Source: Obrimoposthia wandeli
Lineage: Eukaryota
DNA length: 64,000 nt
NCBI GenBank assembly: GCA_977020255.1
Contig: CDROCS010002735.1
Location: forward strand, 186,001 to 250,000
Direction: 5' to 3'
The position numbers and the translations under genes are program-made. Of the stretch, positions 20,855-31,681 are shown piece by piece; the first letter of the stretch is position 1, and each line of letters opens with the position of its first letter. The notes under the pieces are model-generated. The model ran no database searches. It saw nothing but the letters and a program-made list of their open reading frames with translations, and was not told where the DNA came from.

Positions 20855-22099
20855 CTATTTCTTGGTAAATAGGCTATCTAACGGTACGTTAAGCACCGAA
20901 AACTGCTCAGCTTTTACTTGTTTCAGCTTACTATCTAAATTGTCAATCCAAAGTCTATCATCATGGCTATCTTGCATTATTGATTCTCCTGCTGGATGCG
21001 GGATTGGCCAAGGTAAAATGTGATTTAATTGCTCTAAGCTTAAATCATTAAGTGAACGAGCTAATAAGTACTCACCTTGCTCTGAACGACAAATAATTGC
21101 ATTGTCTACCAGTATTTGCTGATAGCTATCCCAACGCTGCTGGTTAAGTCCTGCGACGCAAGTTAGTAATTTTTCATCAGACAACGTTTTTCCGCAATTT
21201 TGTGCCTCCCATAATTTACTCAAAACACCAATAATAGTATGCAAGTGTGATTGAAAACCAGCACTAGCTGCAGTATTGTAAACGGTTAACAACTTAGTTA
21301 ATTCGGCTCCTAAAAGTATGATTATCCAAGTGATAAATATCCATACCAGAAACAAGGGCACTGCAGCGAAAGCACCATATATAAGCTCGTAAGATGGGAA
21401 CTGCACGGCAAAAAAAGCGAAGGCACGTTTGGCTATTTCAAACAGCAATGCCACAACAACAGCACCTATTAACGCGTTTTTGAAAGGCACATTGCAGTTA
21501 GGTACTGCTGAATATAGCAAACTAAAGGCGGCGATTGAAAGTACCAGGGGTAGTAATGATAGTAAGTTACTGCGTCCAACGATGGCGGTCGCTTCTGAAA
21601 TTATTGACAAAGAAGCGATGTATGAAGAAACCAGTAACCCGACTCCGATCAAGATAGGGCCTAAACTTAAAATAGCCCAGTAAAGCAAAAAGCTAGACAT
21701 CCCTTTGCGCGAATGTTTTACCCGCCAGATTCGATTAAACGCCGCCTCAATGTTTTTCATCATCATTACCGAAGTAATAAATAGAAAGATAGCGCCGACG
21801 GCGGTTAAACGTTTTGCTTGGGAAGTGAAATCAGCTAAATAATCTTGGACGACTTCCCCAGTTGCAGGTACAAAATTTGAAAACACCCAATTTTGCACTT
21901 CTGCCCCTACTCCTTGAAACGACGGGATCAGCGCTAATACTGAATAAGTAACGGTCATTAACGGCACGACTGCAAACAATGTGGTGTAAGTTAATGCTGA
22001 AGCATTTACAACCCCTCCATTTCCCCAAAATTGGCGGATTAATGTAATGATAAAGTTAAGAGCATTTGCTGTGTGTTTATTGATCATTGTAATTAACAC
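20855..22099 (-). CDS. YihY/virulence factor BrkB family membrane protein
   Basis: ASALTYTTLFAVVP, AFNRIWRV, YW..LSLGP.LIG, FELAK-like FEIAKRAF, Y.LIYGAFAAVPLFLVWI. Confidence 0.92.
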   Translation of the reverse strand: MLITMINKHTANALNFIITLIRQFWGNGGVVNASALTYTTLFAVVPLMTVTYSVLALIPSFQGVGAEVQNWVFSNFVPATGEVVQDYLADFTSQAKRLTAVGAIFLFITSVMMMKNIEAAFNRIWRVKHSRKGMSSFLLYWAILSLGPILIGVGLLVSSYIASLSIISEATAIVGRSNLLSLLPLVLSIAAFSLLYSAVPNCNVPFKNALIGAVVVALLFEIAKRAFAFFAVQFPSYELIYGAFAAVPLFLVWIFITWIIILLGAELTKLLTVYNTAASAGFQSHLHTIIGVLSKLWEAQNCGKTLSDEKLLTCVAGLNQQRWDSYQQILVDNAIICRSEQGEYLLARSLNDLSLEQLNHILPWPIPHPAGESIMQDSHDDRLWIDNLDSKLKQVKAEQFSVLNVPLDSLFTKK

Positions 22100-22262
22100 T
22101 TTCCTATATTTTATAACTGTTTATTAAAATTACTGAAAACCAGTAGTGGGAATTAAATCAATGGGGTTTATAGTACTCAAAACTTGCTTATCATCATCTT
22201 TCAATTGCCCTTCGTGTATTCCAAGGTACAATGGCTGTTTTATAATAACTAGGGTGTTCATT

Positions 22263-22610
22263 GTGAGCCAAGTCGAAATAATACATAATCCGCGCTGTTC
22301 TAAATCCAGACAAACCCTTGAATTATTGCAACAACAAGGTATTGAACCTACCATTATAGAATACCTTAAACAACCCTTGGACGCAGCGCGTATTCAATCT
22401 ATTTTAAATGCATTATCTATCGATGCTCATCAGCTTTTACGCGTTAAAGAAGCCGAATATAAGGAGCACAATCTTCACCCGAACGCGAGTGCTGAAGAAA
22501 TCATCAATGCAATGGTAGCCTCTCCTAAATTAATAGAGCGCCCTATTGTAATTATCGGTGATAAAGCTCGTATTGGTCGCCCGCCAGAATCAGTTTTAGA
22601 AATTTTATAA
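22263..22610 (+). CDS. arsC: Glutaredoxin-dependent arsenate reductase (ArsC family)
   Basis: HNPRCSKSR, IIEYL..P, PKLIERPIV, ARIGRPPE.V. Start moved to GTG 22263 because the ORF-track extension looks non-coding. Confidence 0.9.
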   Translation: MSQVEIIHNPRCSKSRQTLELLQQQGIEPTIIEYLKQPLDAARIQSILNALSIDAHQLLRVKEAEYKEHNLHPNASAEEIINAMVASPKLIERPIVIIGDKARIGRPPESVLEIL

Positions 22611-22630
22611 CTCTTTTTAATGCTAATTAA

Positions 22631-23245
<615 letters not shown>

Positions 23246-23279
23246 CGCTATTTATATCTCGTTTGTATAAGGCATTTAT

Positions 23280-23696
23280 ATGAGTTTAAAAACCAAAGTT
23301 CTGCCCCCTATTAGTTTCTTAAAACCAAGAGTTAAGATTTGCCGTTTTTTATCCGCAATTTGCTATTTCAGTTTACTGGTGAGCTTAAGTGCCTGGTATT
23401 TAATTATCCACCCGGTAAACACTGCTAATCCTTGGGTGATTTGGCTATTACACTTTTTGCCTTTAGCTGCATTTATAAAGGTAATTCAAACCGGCAACCC
23501 CCGCGGACACGCATGGTTATGTTTCTTGTTAATTCTCTATTTCAATGAAGCTGTTTTAGCGGCCACCACCGTTGAGTACTCTAAATGGTACGGTATATTG
23601 AATTCGCTATTAATCGTGGTGCTTTTTATCAGTGCAATGATGTATGCACGTTGGGCTGGTCAATTTAGTAGACACCCTGACCGTATTAAAACCTAA
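23280..23696 (+). CDS. DUF2069 family membrane protein
   Basis: Four TM segments with PL, G.PR.HAW.CF..L.YF pattern; sits after wrbA as in many gammaproteobacteria. Confidence 0.8.
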   Translation: MSLKTKVLPPISFLKPRVKICRFLSAICYFSLLVSLSAWYLIIHPVNTANPWVIWLLHFLPLAAFIKVIQTGNPRGHAWLCFLLILYFNEAVLAATTVEYSKWYGILNSLLIVVLFISAMMYARWAGQFSRHPDRIKT

Positions 23697-23714
23697 ACTT
23701 AACCTAAGCTAATT

Positions 23715-25379
23715 ATGCCTGAATTCAATATCACTAAAGTTCGCCGAGACTTCCCCATCCTCTCACTGAGAGTAAATGGAAAACCACTGGTTTATTTTGA
23801 TAACGCAGCAACAACACAAAAACCTAGAGTAGTACTAGATTCTCTAAATAAGTTTTATAAACTGTCAAACGCTAACGTACATCGCGGATCTCATAGTTTA
23901 TCAAATGCAGCCACTAGCACTTTTGAAAAAGCTCGTCGCTGTGTCGCAGATTTTATTAATGCGTCCAGCGATAAAGAAATAATTTGGTGCAAAGGCACTA
24001 CTGAAGCGATTAATTTAGCCGCTAACAGTCTAGGGAATTTGCTACTAGAGCAAGGCGATACCGTTTTAGTCAGCGCGAGCGAGCATCATGCGAATATTGT
24101 GCCTTGGCAACTTGTCGCTAAATCAAAGGGGGCCCAAGTAGTTGCTATCCCATTAACTAGTGATTTACGCATAGATCAAGTGGCTTATCAGCAGCTGCTG
24201 GCACAACACCGACCCAAAATAGTTGCTTTAGGTCATGTATCAAACGCCCTTGGGATTATTCATCCTATCGCTTCAATGATAAAAAAAGCGCATGCAATAG
24301 GTGCTATAACCCTTATTGATGGTGCCCAAGCAATCGCACATTTACCTATCAATGTGCAGCAGCTAGGTTGTGATTTTTACTGCTTTTCAGCGCATAAGTG
24401 TTATGGGCCGACTGGTATCGGTGTGTTATGGGGCAAAGAAGAACTACTGTTGCGTATGCCCCCATGGCAAGGCGGTGGAGAAATGATTGAATCTGTTAGT
24501 TTTGAAGGTACTACATTTAACAAGCTACCTTTTAAATTTGAAGCAGGAACCCCCCCTATTAGCGCAGCTATTGGCTTGATGGCCGCTTTAGAATATTTAC
24601 AAAAAATGGACGCCCAGCAAACCACAGCGCACGAACAAATGCTGTTGAATAAAATGCTACACGGCTTACAACAAATTCCTGCAGTGAAGCTCCACTCTCC
24701 TACAGCTACAAATATTGGCGTCATTTCTTTTAGTGTCGAAAATGTTCACCATCAAGATTTGGCCGTATTGTTAGATCAAGAGGGTATTGCCGTGCGTAGC
24801 GGCCATCATTGTGCAATGCCGTTAATGCAAATTATTGGTATAGAGGGAACACTAAGAGCCTCTATCAGCTTTTATAATACGAGTGAAGAAGTTGATTTTT
24901 TTATCCAAGCACTGATTCAAAACATCGGTATTCTGAATAAAAGTACTCGGCATGATGAAGAATCAATACAAGCACTACCAAGCGACACAGCCTACCCCAA
25001 CTCTGAAACGATTATTGATCAACTAAGCCACGCAGCCACTTGGCAATTACGATTTAGTTATTTACTGGCGCTCGGTGAATTACTCGAAAAACCCAGCACT
25101 CAATTTTTAACCGATGAATTCAAGTTACAGCAATGTGAATCAGGCGTGTGGTTAACTTGCTTGCCAAAAGATGATATTTCAAATAACGCTTGTGATAGTG
25201 CAGTGCAGTACTTAGCCTGGTCAGATGCGAGAATTATGCGTGGTTTGATTGTTATGCTGATCAGTTGTAAAATACCAGCTCAATTAGACATAAGCGCTTT
25301 TCTTGAAGGCGTGAAATTAACGCAATTTTTAAGCCCCTCTCGTACCAACGGCGTTAAAGCAATTTTACAGGCGTTATAG
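23715..25379 (+). CDS. csdA: Cysteine desulfurase (CsdA/SufS type) fused to a C-terminal SufE/CsdE-like domain
   Basis: YFDNAATTQKP, NVHRG, DGAQ, FSAHKCYGPTG (PLP Lys), RSGHHCA; ~135-aa tail with W..RF..LL.LG and QCESGVW. Confidence 0.9.
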   Translation: MPEFNITKVRRDFPILSLRVNGKPLVYFDNAATTQKPRVVLDSLNKFYKLSNANVHRGSHSLSNAATSTFEKARRCVADFINASSDKEIIWCKGTTEAINLAANSLGNLLLEQGDTVLVSASEHHANIVPWQLVAKSKGAQVVAIPLTSDLRIDQVAYQQLLAQHRPKIVALGHVSNALGIIHPIASMIKKAHAIGAITLIDGAQAIAHLPINVQQLGCDFYCFSAHKCYGPTGIGVLWGKEELLLRMPPWQGGGEMIESVSFEGTTFNKLPFKFEAGTPPISAAIGLMAALEYLQKMDAQQTTAHEQMLLNKMLHGLQQIPAVKLHSPTATNIGVISFSVENVHHQDLAVLLDQEGIAVRSGHHCAMPLMQIIGIEGTLRASISFYNTSEEVDFFIQALIQNIGILNKSTRHDEESIQALPSDTAYPNSETIIDQLSHAATWQLRFSYLLALGELLEKPSTQFLTDEFKLQQCESGVWLTCLPKDDISNNACDSAVQYLAWSDARIMRGLIVMLISCKIPAQLDISAFLEGVKLTQFLSPSRTNGVKAILQAL

Positions 25380-25440
25380 ATATCGCTTTTTAAGCCGCTA
25401 GATGAGTAAGCGCTATTTGTTCCCCGCTTACTCTTTTTTA

Positions 25441-26001
25441 CTAGCCCCACTTATTAGCGGGTGCTTGATAAGCAACGATCGCTTCTAACAGTTGCTCAGG
25501 ATCATCGCTCACAATTAGTTTTTCGTGATACAAGCCCTTCATAAAACCTTTATTAACCATGGTCGATACAAAAGCCAATAGTTCATCATAATAACCATCT
25601 ACATTATAAAAAGCGCAAGCTTTATGATGAAACCCCAGTTGCCCTGCTGTCCATACTTCAAAAATTTCTTCTAAGGTCCCCACACCACCTGGCATGGCAA
25701 TAAAGCTATCAGCCAAATCGGCCATTTTAGCTTTGCGCTGATGCATGTCTTCAACAATATGTAACTGTGAGAGTCCTTGGTGCTGTAGTTCTTTATCAGT
25801 CAACGCTTTTGGCATCACACCAATTACATTACTACCACCGCTAAGTACTTGATCTGCTATTACTCCCATCAACCCAACACTAGCGCCGCCGTAAACAATA
25901 TCATCACCACGCAGACAAATTTGCTCGCCTAAGCGCTGCGCAAACTCTTGGTAGATAGCATCGCTACCTAAGCTCGATCCACAATAAATGGCATGTCTCA
26001 A
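25441..26001 (-). CDS. LOG family nucleotide phosphoribohydrolase (TIGR00730-like)
   Basis: YCGSS.G, VYGG.SVGLMG, MHQRKA.M, PGGVGTLEE. Confidence 0.92.
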   Translation of the reverse strand: MRHAIYCGSSLGSDAIYQEFAQRLGEQICLRGDDIVYGGASVGLMGVIADQVLSGGSNVIGVMPKALTDKELQHQGLSQLHIVEDMHQRKAKMADLADSFIAMPGGVGTLEEIFEVWTAGQLGFHHKACAFYNVDGYYDELLAFVSTMVNKGFMKGLYHEKLIVSDDPEQLLEAIVAYQAPANKWG

Positions 26002-26091
26002 AATATCACCTTTCTAAGTCGTTGATTTAAGCTACTAGGTTTAACCTGCATATTTAGCAAACCTATATTTGATAGTTTTCTATAAAGCATT

Positions 26092-27270
26092 TTATTTAGC
26101 GAGCAAGTGCTCATACTTTTTATCAGTCAAGGTCTTCATAAAGGCCACTAATGCATCTATTCGTGCATCCGTTAAAGCTTTACCTTTTGTTAGCTCATCA
26201 AGCGCAACTGTCGCAACAACTTCAGGTTTACCCCAAGGCAGATTCGATTCAGGGTTAATCTTGCGAGATCCTTTGCGGCTATTGTACTTATCGTAGAACA
26301 GCACAACTGTTTCTAAATTTGAAAAAACACCATTGTGCATATAAGGCCCTGTAACTGCTACATTTCTTAAAGTCGGTGTTTTAAATTTTCCATCTTGATT
26401 TATATCAGTAACTGCTGGGTTTTCTAACAAACCGTGATCAATGAAATCAGCTTTTTTACCAAGCACCTTACGCACGCTTTTATTGATGGGCACACCAATA
26501 TTACGATATTCATAATTACTAAATGTTTCTTGGCTTTGTGCCGGCAGTTTTTTTAACTGATGACACGTATTGCAGTTGGTGAATTGCTCGGAGAAAAAAA
26601 GCGTTTCACCCAATTTTTCTTGTTCTGTCATAGTGTATTCACCTTTTAAGTATCTATCGTACTTAGCATCAAAAGGTGCGAATAAAGCGGTATTCTCGAA
26701 ACTGGCGATACTTTCAGTCAGGGCTAAATAAGCGCTTTGGGGGTTCTTTAACGTATCTTGTGCAAATAGTGCTGCAAAGCTTCGCTCGTACAGCTTATTT
26801 TCTAGTAATCTATCTAATACAGCCTGTTTATTTGGCATTGCCATTTCACCAGGGTTTAATGGCGGTCCCGCGGCTTGATCTTGTAGTGAACTAGCTCTGC
26901 CATCATGGAATTGCCCACCTCGGTATTCCCCTGATTTAAGCTGCGAGAAAGCCGGTATAAAACTCGCATAACTGGCTGTTGGGGTGTTTCGATCACCAAG
27001 AGAAACATTATCACTACCAAGGGAGGTTGCCCCTGATACTTGATTACTTCTAGTATCAATGAACCCTTGATCGGGTGCATGACAAGTAGCACAAGATTGG
27101 TTGCGATTTAAAGATAAGTTTTGATCAAAATACAAAGCTGACCCAAGCGCTTGTTTGGTTTTAAAAATAGCTTCTGCCGCCACATCTAAACTAGAACTAA
27201 CTAGCAACACAGCCATAAAAGGGGTTCTAATTTTTTTGAACATATATAACAACTCAATATAACTGCTCAT
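26092..27270 (-). CDS. Di-heme cytochrome c peroxidase / MauG family protein
   Basis: Signal peptide; LYFD..LS.N..QSCATCH, RNTPT, QFHDGRA, CNTCH, FKTPTLRNVA.TGPYMHNG. The true start may be 27243. Confidence 0.9.
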   Translation of the reverse strand: MSSYIELLYMFKKIRTPFMAVLLVSSSLDVAAEAIFKTKQALGSALYFDQNLSLNRNQSCATCHAPDQGFIDTRSNQVSGATSLGSDNVSLGDRNTPTASYASFIPAFSQLKSGEYRGGQFHDGRASSLQDQAAGPPLNPGEMAMPNKQAVLDRLLENKLYERSFAALFAQDTLKNPQSAYLALTESIASFENTALFAPFDAKYDRYLKGEYTMTEQEKLGETLFFSEQFTNCNTCHQLKKLPAQSQETFSNYEYRNIGVPINKSVRKVLGKKADFIDHGLLENPAVTDINQDGKFKTPTLRNVAVTGPYMHNGVFSNLETVVLFYDKYNSRKGSRKINPESNLPWGKPEVVATVALDELTKGKALTDARIDALVAFMKTLTDKKYEHLLAK

Positions 27271-27561
27271 AAGAATATTGTATTCTTGTAATATTCATTT
27301 GCAGACAATGGAATAAAAAAACAGAACAGCATATTGATAACAGGCTGCTATAAAGTCAAACGATTTCAACTGCGTTTAACTTTTAACTTCTGAAAGATAT
27401 AGTTAGCGCGATTTGTCACTAATTCTGAAAATAAGCAAGTGCATTATTCAAACTTGACTATGTCTAAATAAGTAGCTTAACCGCTTTTAAAAGTTTGAGT
27501 CAGCTATTTGATGCGAATAGCAATAATGCATAGCATCAATACAGACGACATCTTGTAATAA

Positions 27562-28014
27562 TTAAGAGATTCTAGAAACCATATAATTGAATTGCTCATC
27601 ACTAACAGGCACTATTGATAATCTAGATTGCTTAAAAAGGGCTAAATTTTCAAGCTCTGAAGCCGCTTTCATCGCTTTAAGTGGCAGCAGCTGCTTCGCA
27701 CATGATACAAATTGCACATCAACTACAAACCATTTAGGCTGATCAACACTCGATTTAACATCATAATACTTATTCCTAACGTCAAATTGTTCTGGGTCGG
27801 CATACGCAGCACTGACTATTTTTGCCATGCCTGCAATTCCCACTTGTTTACAACTTGAATGATAAATCAAAACATTATCGTCAATGGCCATTTTATCGCG
27901 AATGAAATTGCGTGCTTGAAAGTTGCGGATACCTCCCCAAGGTGTCACCGTATCTTTTGCTAAATCATCAATCGAATAATCTGAGGGTTCTGTTTTTAAT
28001 AACCAGTTTGTCAT
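27562..28014 (-). CDS. EVE domain-containing protein
   Basis: WLLKTEP..YSIDDL, W.GIRNFQARNF, YHSS, AY.DP.QFD...YYD, SRLSI.PV. Confidence 0.92.
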   Translation of the reverse strand: MTNWLLKTEPSDYSIDDLAKDTVTPWGGIRNFQARNFIRDKMAIDDNVLIYHSSCKQVGIAGMAKIVSAAYADPEQFDVRNKYYDVKSSVDQPKWFVVDVQFVSCAKQLLPLKAMKAASELENLALFKQSRLSIVPVSDEQFNYMVSRIS

Positions 28015-28512
28015 AATCCTTCACTGTTTTTTTGTTCTATAAATGCATGTTATAGAACCACTAGATTCAAATAAAAGAGTTAACTTTCTTAACTTGCACC
28101 TTTGGATAATTAAGTACTCAATAAAGCTGCTAAGATACTTTCAATCTTGTTCCACAAATGCCATTACAAACAGCTACTGTACTATTTTCTGTATTATCAG
28201 CGATTGCAGTTTACTAATATTGTCACAAATACGTCTTTAGCACCAAAAATGCAGCCTTTGCTTGTCTTGAATGCTGTTAATGATAATCTTAACAGATAGT
28301 TAGCATACCAAATATGAAAAGATTTAAAAAACAAGCAACACACCATAAGGCTTTTATTATATCTATCATTTATTCAGCACTCATCGCGATGCCTTTAATA
28401 ATTGGAGATCTCAAATAGGTTTATAGTAACTCTTAAGAGTATGTTTTTTTGCGGATATTCTCTTATGTATCTTGTATCTTTTTTCTGTATTTTATTTATC
28501 GTTGGAAACTAC

Positions 28513-28839
28513 ATGTATTTTGAATTGTTTGATATTTTTCTACTCTCGCTAGTTTGCCTCATCATTTACGCTTGGATCAGCGCCCAGCAAGTACGTGAAA
28601 TTGCTTTAGTTGCTGCAACTGATGAGTGTAAGCGGCTTGATTTACAGTTACTAGACGGTAACGTTGGCTTGAAGCGATTTAGAATTAAGCGTGGTAACAA
28701 TGGTTCATTAACACTAAAACGTGAGTATAATTTCGAGTTTTCGGCGACTGGAGAAGAAAGGTATCAAGGAAAAGTGGTTATGTTAGGTCTATCGATACAA
28801 GAGATTTATCTACAACCTCACCGCATTGTTAATCACTGA
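28513..28839 (+). CDS. DUF3301 family protein
   Basis: N-terminal TM, then REIA....C...DLQLLD, Y.FEFS.TGEERYQG. Start moved to ATG 28513. Confidence 0.75.
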   Translation: MYFELFDIFLLSLVCLIIYAWISAQQVREIALVAATDECKRLDLQLLDGNVGLKRFRIKRGNNGSLTLKREYNFEFSATGEERYQGKVVMLGLSIQEIYLQPHRIVNH

Positions 28840-28849
28840 GGAAATATAA

Positions 28850-29320
28850 ATGGAAAGGCTAACCATCTCATTGGATGACGACCTTGCTAGGCAATTCGAT
28901 GACTATTTAAAAGCACATGGTTATAAAAACCGCTCTGAAGGTATACGCGATTTGATTCGTGATAAACTTGAAAAACACAGTTTAGATAAGCAAACCAAAG
29001 ATCAAAAGAATATTGGTGATTGTATTGGGTCAATGACTTATGTGTACAATCATCAGGAGCGCGAACTTGCGGCGAAACTTGCGCAAGCACAACACGACAA
29101 TCATAATATTGCGGTATCAACACTGCGCACGCCATTAGATCATAATCACTGCATGGAAACGGTTATGCTTAATGGTGATACTATAAAAGTACGTGATTTT
29201 TGCAATGACATTATTGCTCGCCCAGGCGTTCGCCACGGTAAAGCATACCTTATTCCAGTAGAGGTAGAACATTATCACCACGAGGGTAAGTCGCACATTC
29301 ATAGCACACCTAAAACTTAA
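28850..29320 (+). CDS. nikR: Nickel-responsive regulator
   Basis: Ribbon-helix-helix ERLTISLDD.L...FD......GY.NRSE.IRDLIR; YVYNH, QH, H.CME..ML.G; His-rich tail. Confidence 0.93.
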   Translation: MERLTISLDDDLARQFDDYLKAHGYKNRSEGIRDLIRDKLEKHSLDKQTKDQKNIGDCIGSMTYVYNHQERELAAKLAQAQHDNHNIAVSTLRTPLDHNHCMETVMLNGDTIKVRDFCNDIIARPGVRHGKAYLIPVEVEHYHHEGKSHIHSTPKT

Positions 29321-29392
29321 ATTTCAGCAAAAGATAACAGAACGGCCTTTTAAAAAAATGTCAGTCATTTGAAGTGTGCTTAGATCGCCTTT

Positions 29393-29448
29393 TAATTTGT
29401 ATGAACAATTGATAATTTGTATGATTTCAAATAAACTTCATACAAATT
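29393..29448. promoter_or_regulatory. Candidate NikR operator upstream of the nikKML-like operon
   Basis: 11-bp inverted repeat aatttGTATGA (29414-24) / TCATACaaatt (29438-48) contains the E. coli NikR half-sites with a 13-nt spacer; an extra taatttgtatga copy lies 20 bp upstream. Confidence 0.55.
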
Positions 29449-29466
29449 TTTAATTCTTCATAAAAG

Positions 29467-30300
29467 ATGATTATGTATACAAATCAATGTTCCAGCAAGC
29501 AGCCACCGAAAAGATTAAATATTAATCGACTTTCCTCTAAGCTAATTTTTGTAAGCGCAGCACTACTGCTTTCTATCAGTAGTGGCGCCCGTGCACATTT
29601 TCAAGAAATCATCCCTGATAGAGATTTCTTAAATGATAAAAACCAGCAACCTTTATCGTTTCTACTGCGCTTTACGCATCCCATGTCTCAAGGCCCTATT
29701 ATGGACATGGTCAAGCCCAAGCAACTTTTTGTTAACGCTAATGGCATTAATACTAATTTATTGCCAACATTGAAGACCACTCCTGACAGTGCGCAATGGG
29801 CTTTTCAATACCAAGTGCAAGAACCCGGTGATTTACAATTTTTTGTAGAGCCACAGCCTTACTGGGAACCAGATGAAGGAAAGATGATCATCCACTATAC
29901 CAAGGTTATCGTGGATGGTTACGCGAGCTTTAATGGCTGGGATACGCTCATCAAAGCACCTGTTGAAATAGAACCCCTAACTAGACCTTATAGTCTTTGG
30001 GTAGGAAATAGCTTCACAGGCATCGTTAGAAAAAACGGCCAAGCAGTTCCCTTTGCAGAAATTGAAGTTGAATGGCGTAATGATGGCTCTGTAACACCGC
30101 CAACGGATAGCTATGTAACACAAGTAATCAAAGCAGATAGTACAGGTACCTTTCACTATACCCTGCCCCGTGCAGGCTGGTGGGGTTTTGCAGCCCTTAT
30201 TGATGCTGACTATACTCTTGAATCTCCTAAGGGGAATCAGGTGCCAGTAGAACTCGGTGGACTAATTTGGGTTAACGCTAAAACAATGCAAGGTAATTAA
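29467..30300 (+). CDS. DUF4198 / NikK-like periplasmic Ni/Co-transport accessory protein
   Basis: Signal peptide; [19 protein letters not shown]...[38 protein letters not shown]. Confidence 0.85.
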   Translation: MIMYTNQCSSKQPPKRLNINRLSSKLIFVSAALLLSISSGARAHFQEIIPDRDFLNDKNQQPLSFLLRFTHPMSQGPIMDMVKPKQLFVNANGINTNLLPTLKTTPDSAQWAFQYQVQEPGDLQFFVEPQPYWEPDEGKMIIHYTKVIVDGYASFNGWDTLIKAPVEIEPLTRPYSLWVGNSFTGIVRKNGQAVPFAEIEVEWRNDGSVTPPTDSYVTQVIKADSTGTFHYTLPRAGWWGFAALIDADYTLESPKGNQVPVELGGLIWVNAKTMQGN

Positions 30301-30303
30301 CAT

Positions 30304-30939
30304 ATGGCACATATTCCAGATGGCGTTGTAAGTCCACAGATTCTCGCAATGGGGGCTACAGGTGCTATTTTGATGCTCAGTTATGGCTTGAAAAAATTAG
30401 ATATTGATAAAATCCCACAAACAGCCATGTTTGCCGCAGTATTTTTTCTATCATCCATGATCACATTTCCTGTTGGGCCAAGCTCAATCCACCTTCTTTT
30501 TAATGGCTTAATGGGATTGATGCTAGGCTGGGCTGCAGTGCCCGCTATTTTTGTTGCTTTGACCCTGCAGTTAATGTTTTTTGGTTATGGAGGGCTCATG
30601 GTATTAGGCGTTAATACTTTTAACATGGCACTACCCGCTATTATCATCGCATTAACCCTTAGGCCATTACTGCTCAAACAGCTTAATTCTCAATCACCCA
30701 TTTCTTCTCGCTATATTAGCTTTATAGGGGCACTTGCCGGTGCTATCGGTATTGCCCTAACGACACTACTTTTAGCGACGAGCTTGGTTTTGAGCGGCCA
30801 GGAATATGCACCTATGATGAAAGTTATTCTTGCCACTAATATCCCCCTACTCGTTGTTGAGGCCGCCGTTACTGTGGTGGTGGTGAACTTTTTAATTCGC
30901 ACCGCACCTAACACCTTCAGATTATCGGTTAACAATTAA
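30304..30939 (+). CDS. ECF-type Ni/Co transporter S component (CbiM/NikM)
   Basis: MAHIPDG N-terminus, F.VGPSSIHL, L.LQ..FFG.GG...LG.N. Confidence 0.9.
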   Translation: MAHIPDGVVSPQILAMGATGAILMLSYGLKKLDIDKIPQTAMFAAVFFLSSMITFPVGPSSIHLLFNGLMGLMLGWAAVPAIFVALTLQLMFFGYGGLMVLGVNTFNMALPAIIIALTLRPLLLKQLNSQSPISSRYISFIGALAGAIGIALTTLLLATSLVLSGQEYAPMMKVILATNIPLLVVEAAVTVVVVNFLIRTAPNTFRLSVNN

Positions 30940-31530
30940 ATGCTCATAAAATCTATCCTTGTTTTCTTTTGCTTATTATCTTCTGGCATTGTCAATGCAC
31001 ACTTACTAAAAATTTTTGCATTTTCCAAAGATACCAATAACCAACAAACACTGATCACTTCCGGTAAGGTTTACTTTGCTGGAGGTGCTGCTATCCCCAA
31101 CGCAACGGTTCAGGTGATTGATGAGCAAGGTGCTGATATAAAAAAGGTGATCACTGATATGAACGGAAAATTCACACTTGAATTAGCCCAAGGCAACTAT
31201 CAGCTGGTTGCTGATACTCAAGATGGGCATGTCGCCAAATGGCAGATTAAAGGTAGAGTTTCTAATCCTGACAGTACTAAAGATTCTCTTCATCAGAAGG
31301 TAACAACATCAACACTGCCATCTGCGAATAGCGCACAACTACTAGCGATTAATAATATTATAGCAGAGCAATTGGCTCGCCAAATACTACCGCTAAGCGA
31401 ACAGATAAATACCTTGCAAGAAAAAGCTCGATTTCAAGATATCCTCGGCGGTTTAGGTTATATTTTTGGCTTATATGGCTTTGCTATGTGGTGGAGGCAA
31501 CGTAAAACTCAATCCGAAGCTGATGAGTAA
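30940..31530 (+). CDS. NikL/CbiL-like accessory protein (periplasmic domain plus C-terminal TM)
   Basis: Signal peptide ending AH; G.VYFAGG, DGH.A.W; DILGGLGYIFGL.G TM. Confidence 0.75.
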   Translation: MLIKSILVFFCLLSSGIVNAHLLKIFAFSKDTNNQQTLITSGKVYFAGGAAIPNATVQVIDEQGADIKKVITDMNGKFTLELAQGNYQLVADTQDGHVAKWQIKGRVSNPDSTKDSLHQKVTTSTLPSANSAQLLAINNIIAEQLARQILPLSEQINTLQEKARFQDILGGLGYIFGLYGFAMWWRQRKTQSEADE

Positions 31531-31681
31531 TTGCTTGCTAAACATTGATTCTGTAGCCTTTTGTACCTTGATGATCCCAATATTAAAAAAGAAAATATCA
31601 AACATTGAACTAGCCTATACAAGCAAGGTCTAGAAAACTAATGTTGAATATTTTCCAGCTTATCCAATAAAAGGATTTTGT

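Noticed and set aside
29320-30304. Cobalamin riboswitch ahead of the cbiM-like gene
   Set aside because: No B12-box recognised; adjacent nikR and NikR-like half-sites point to nickel control.
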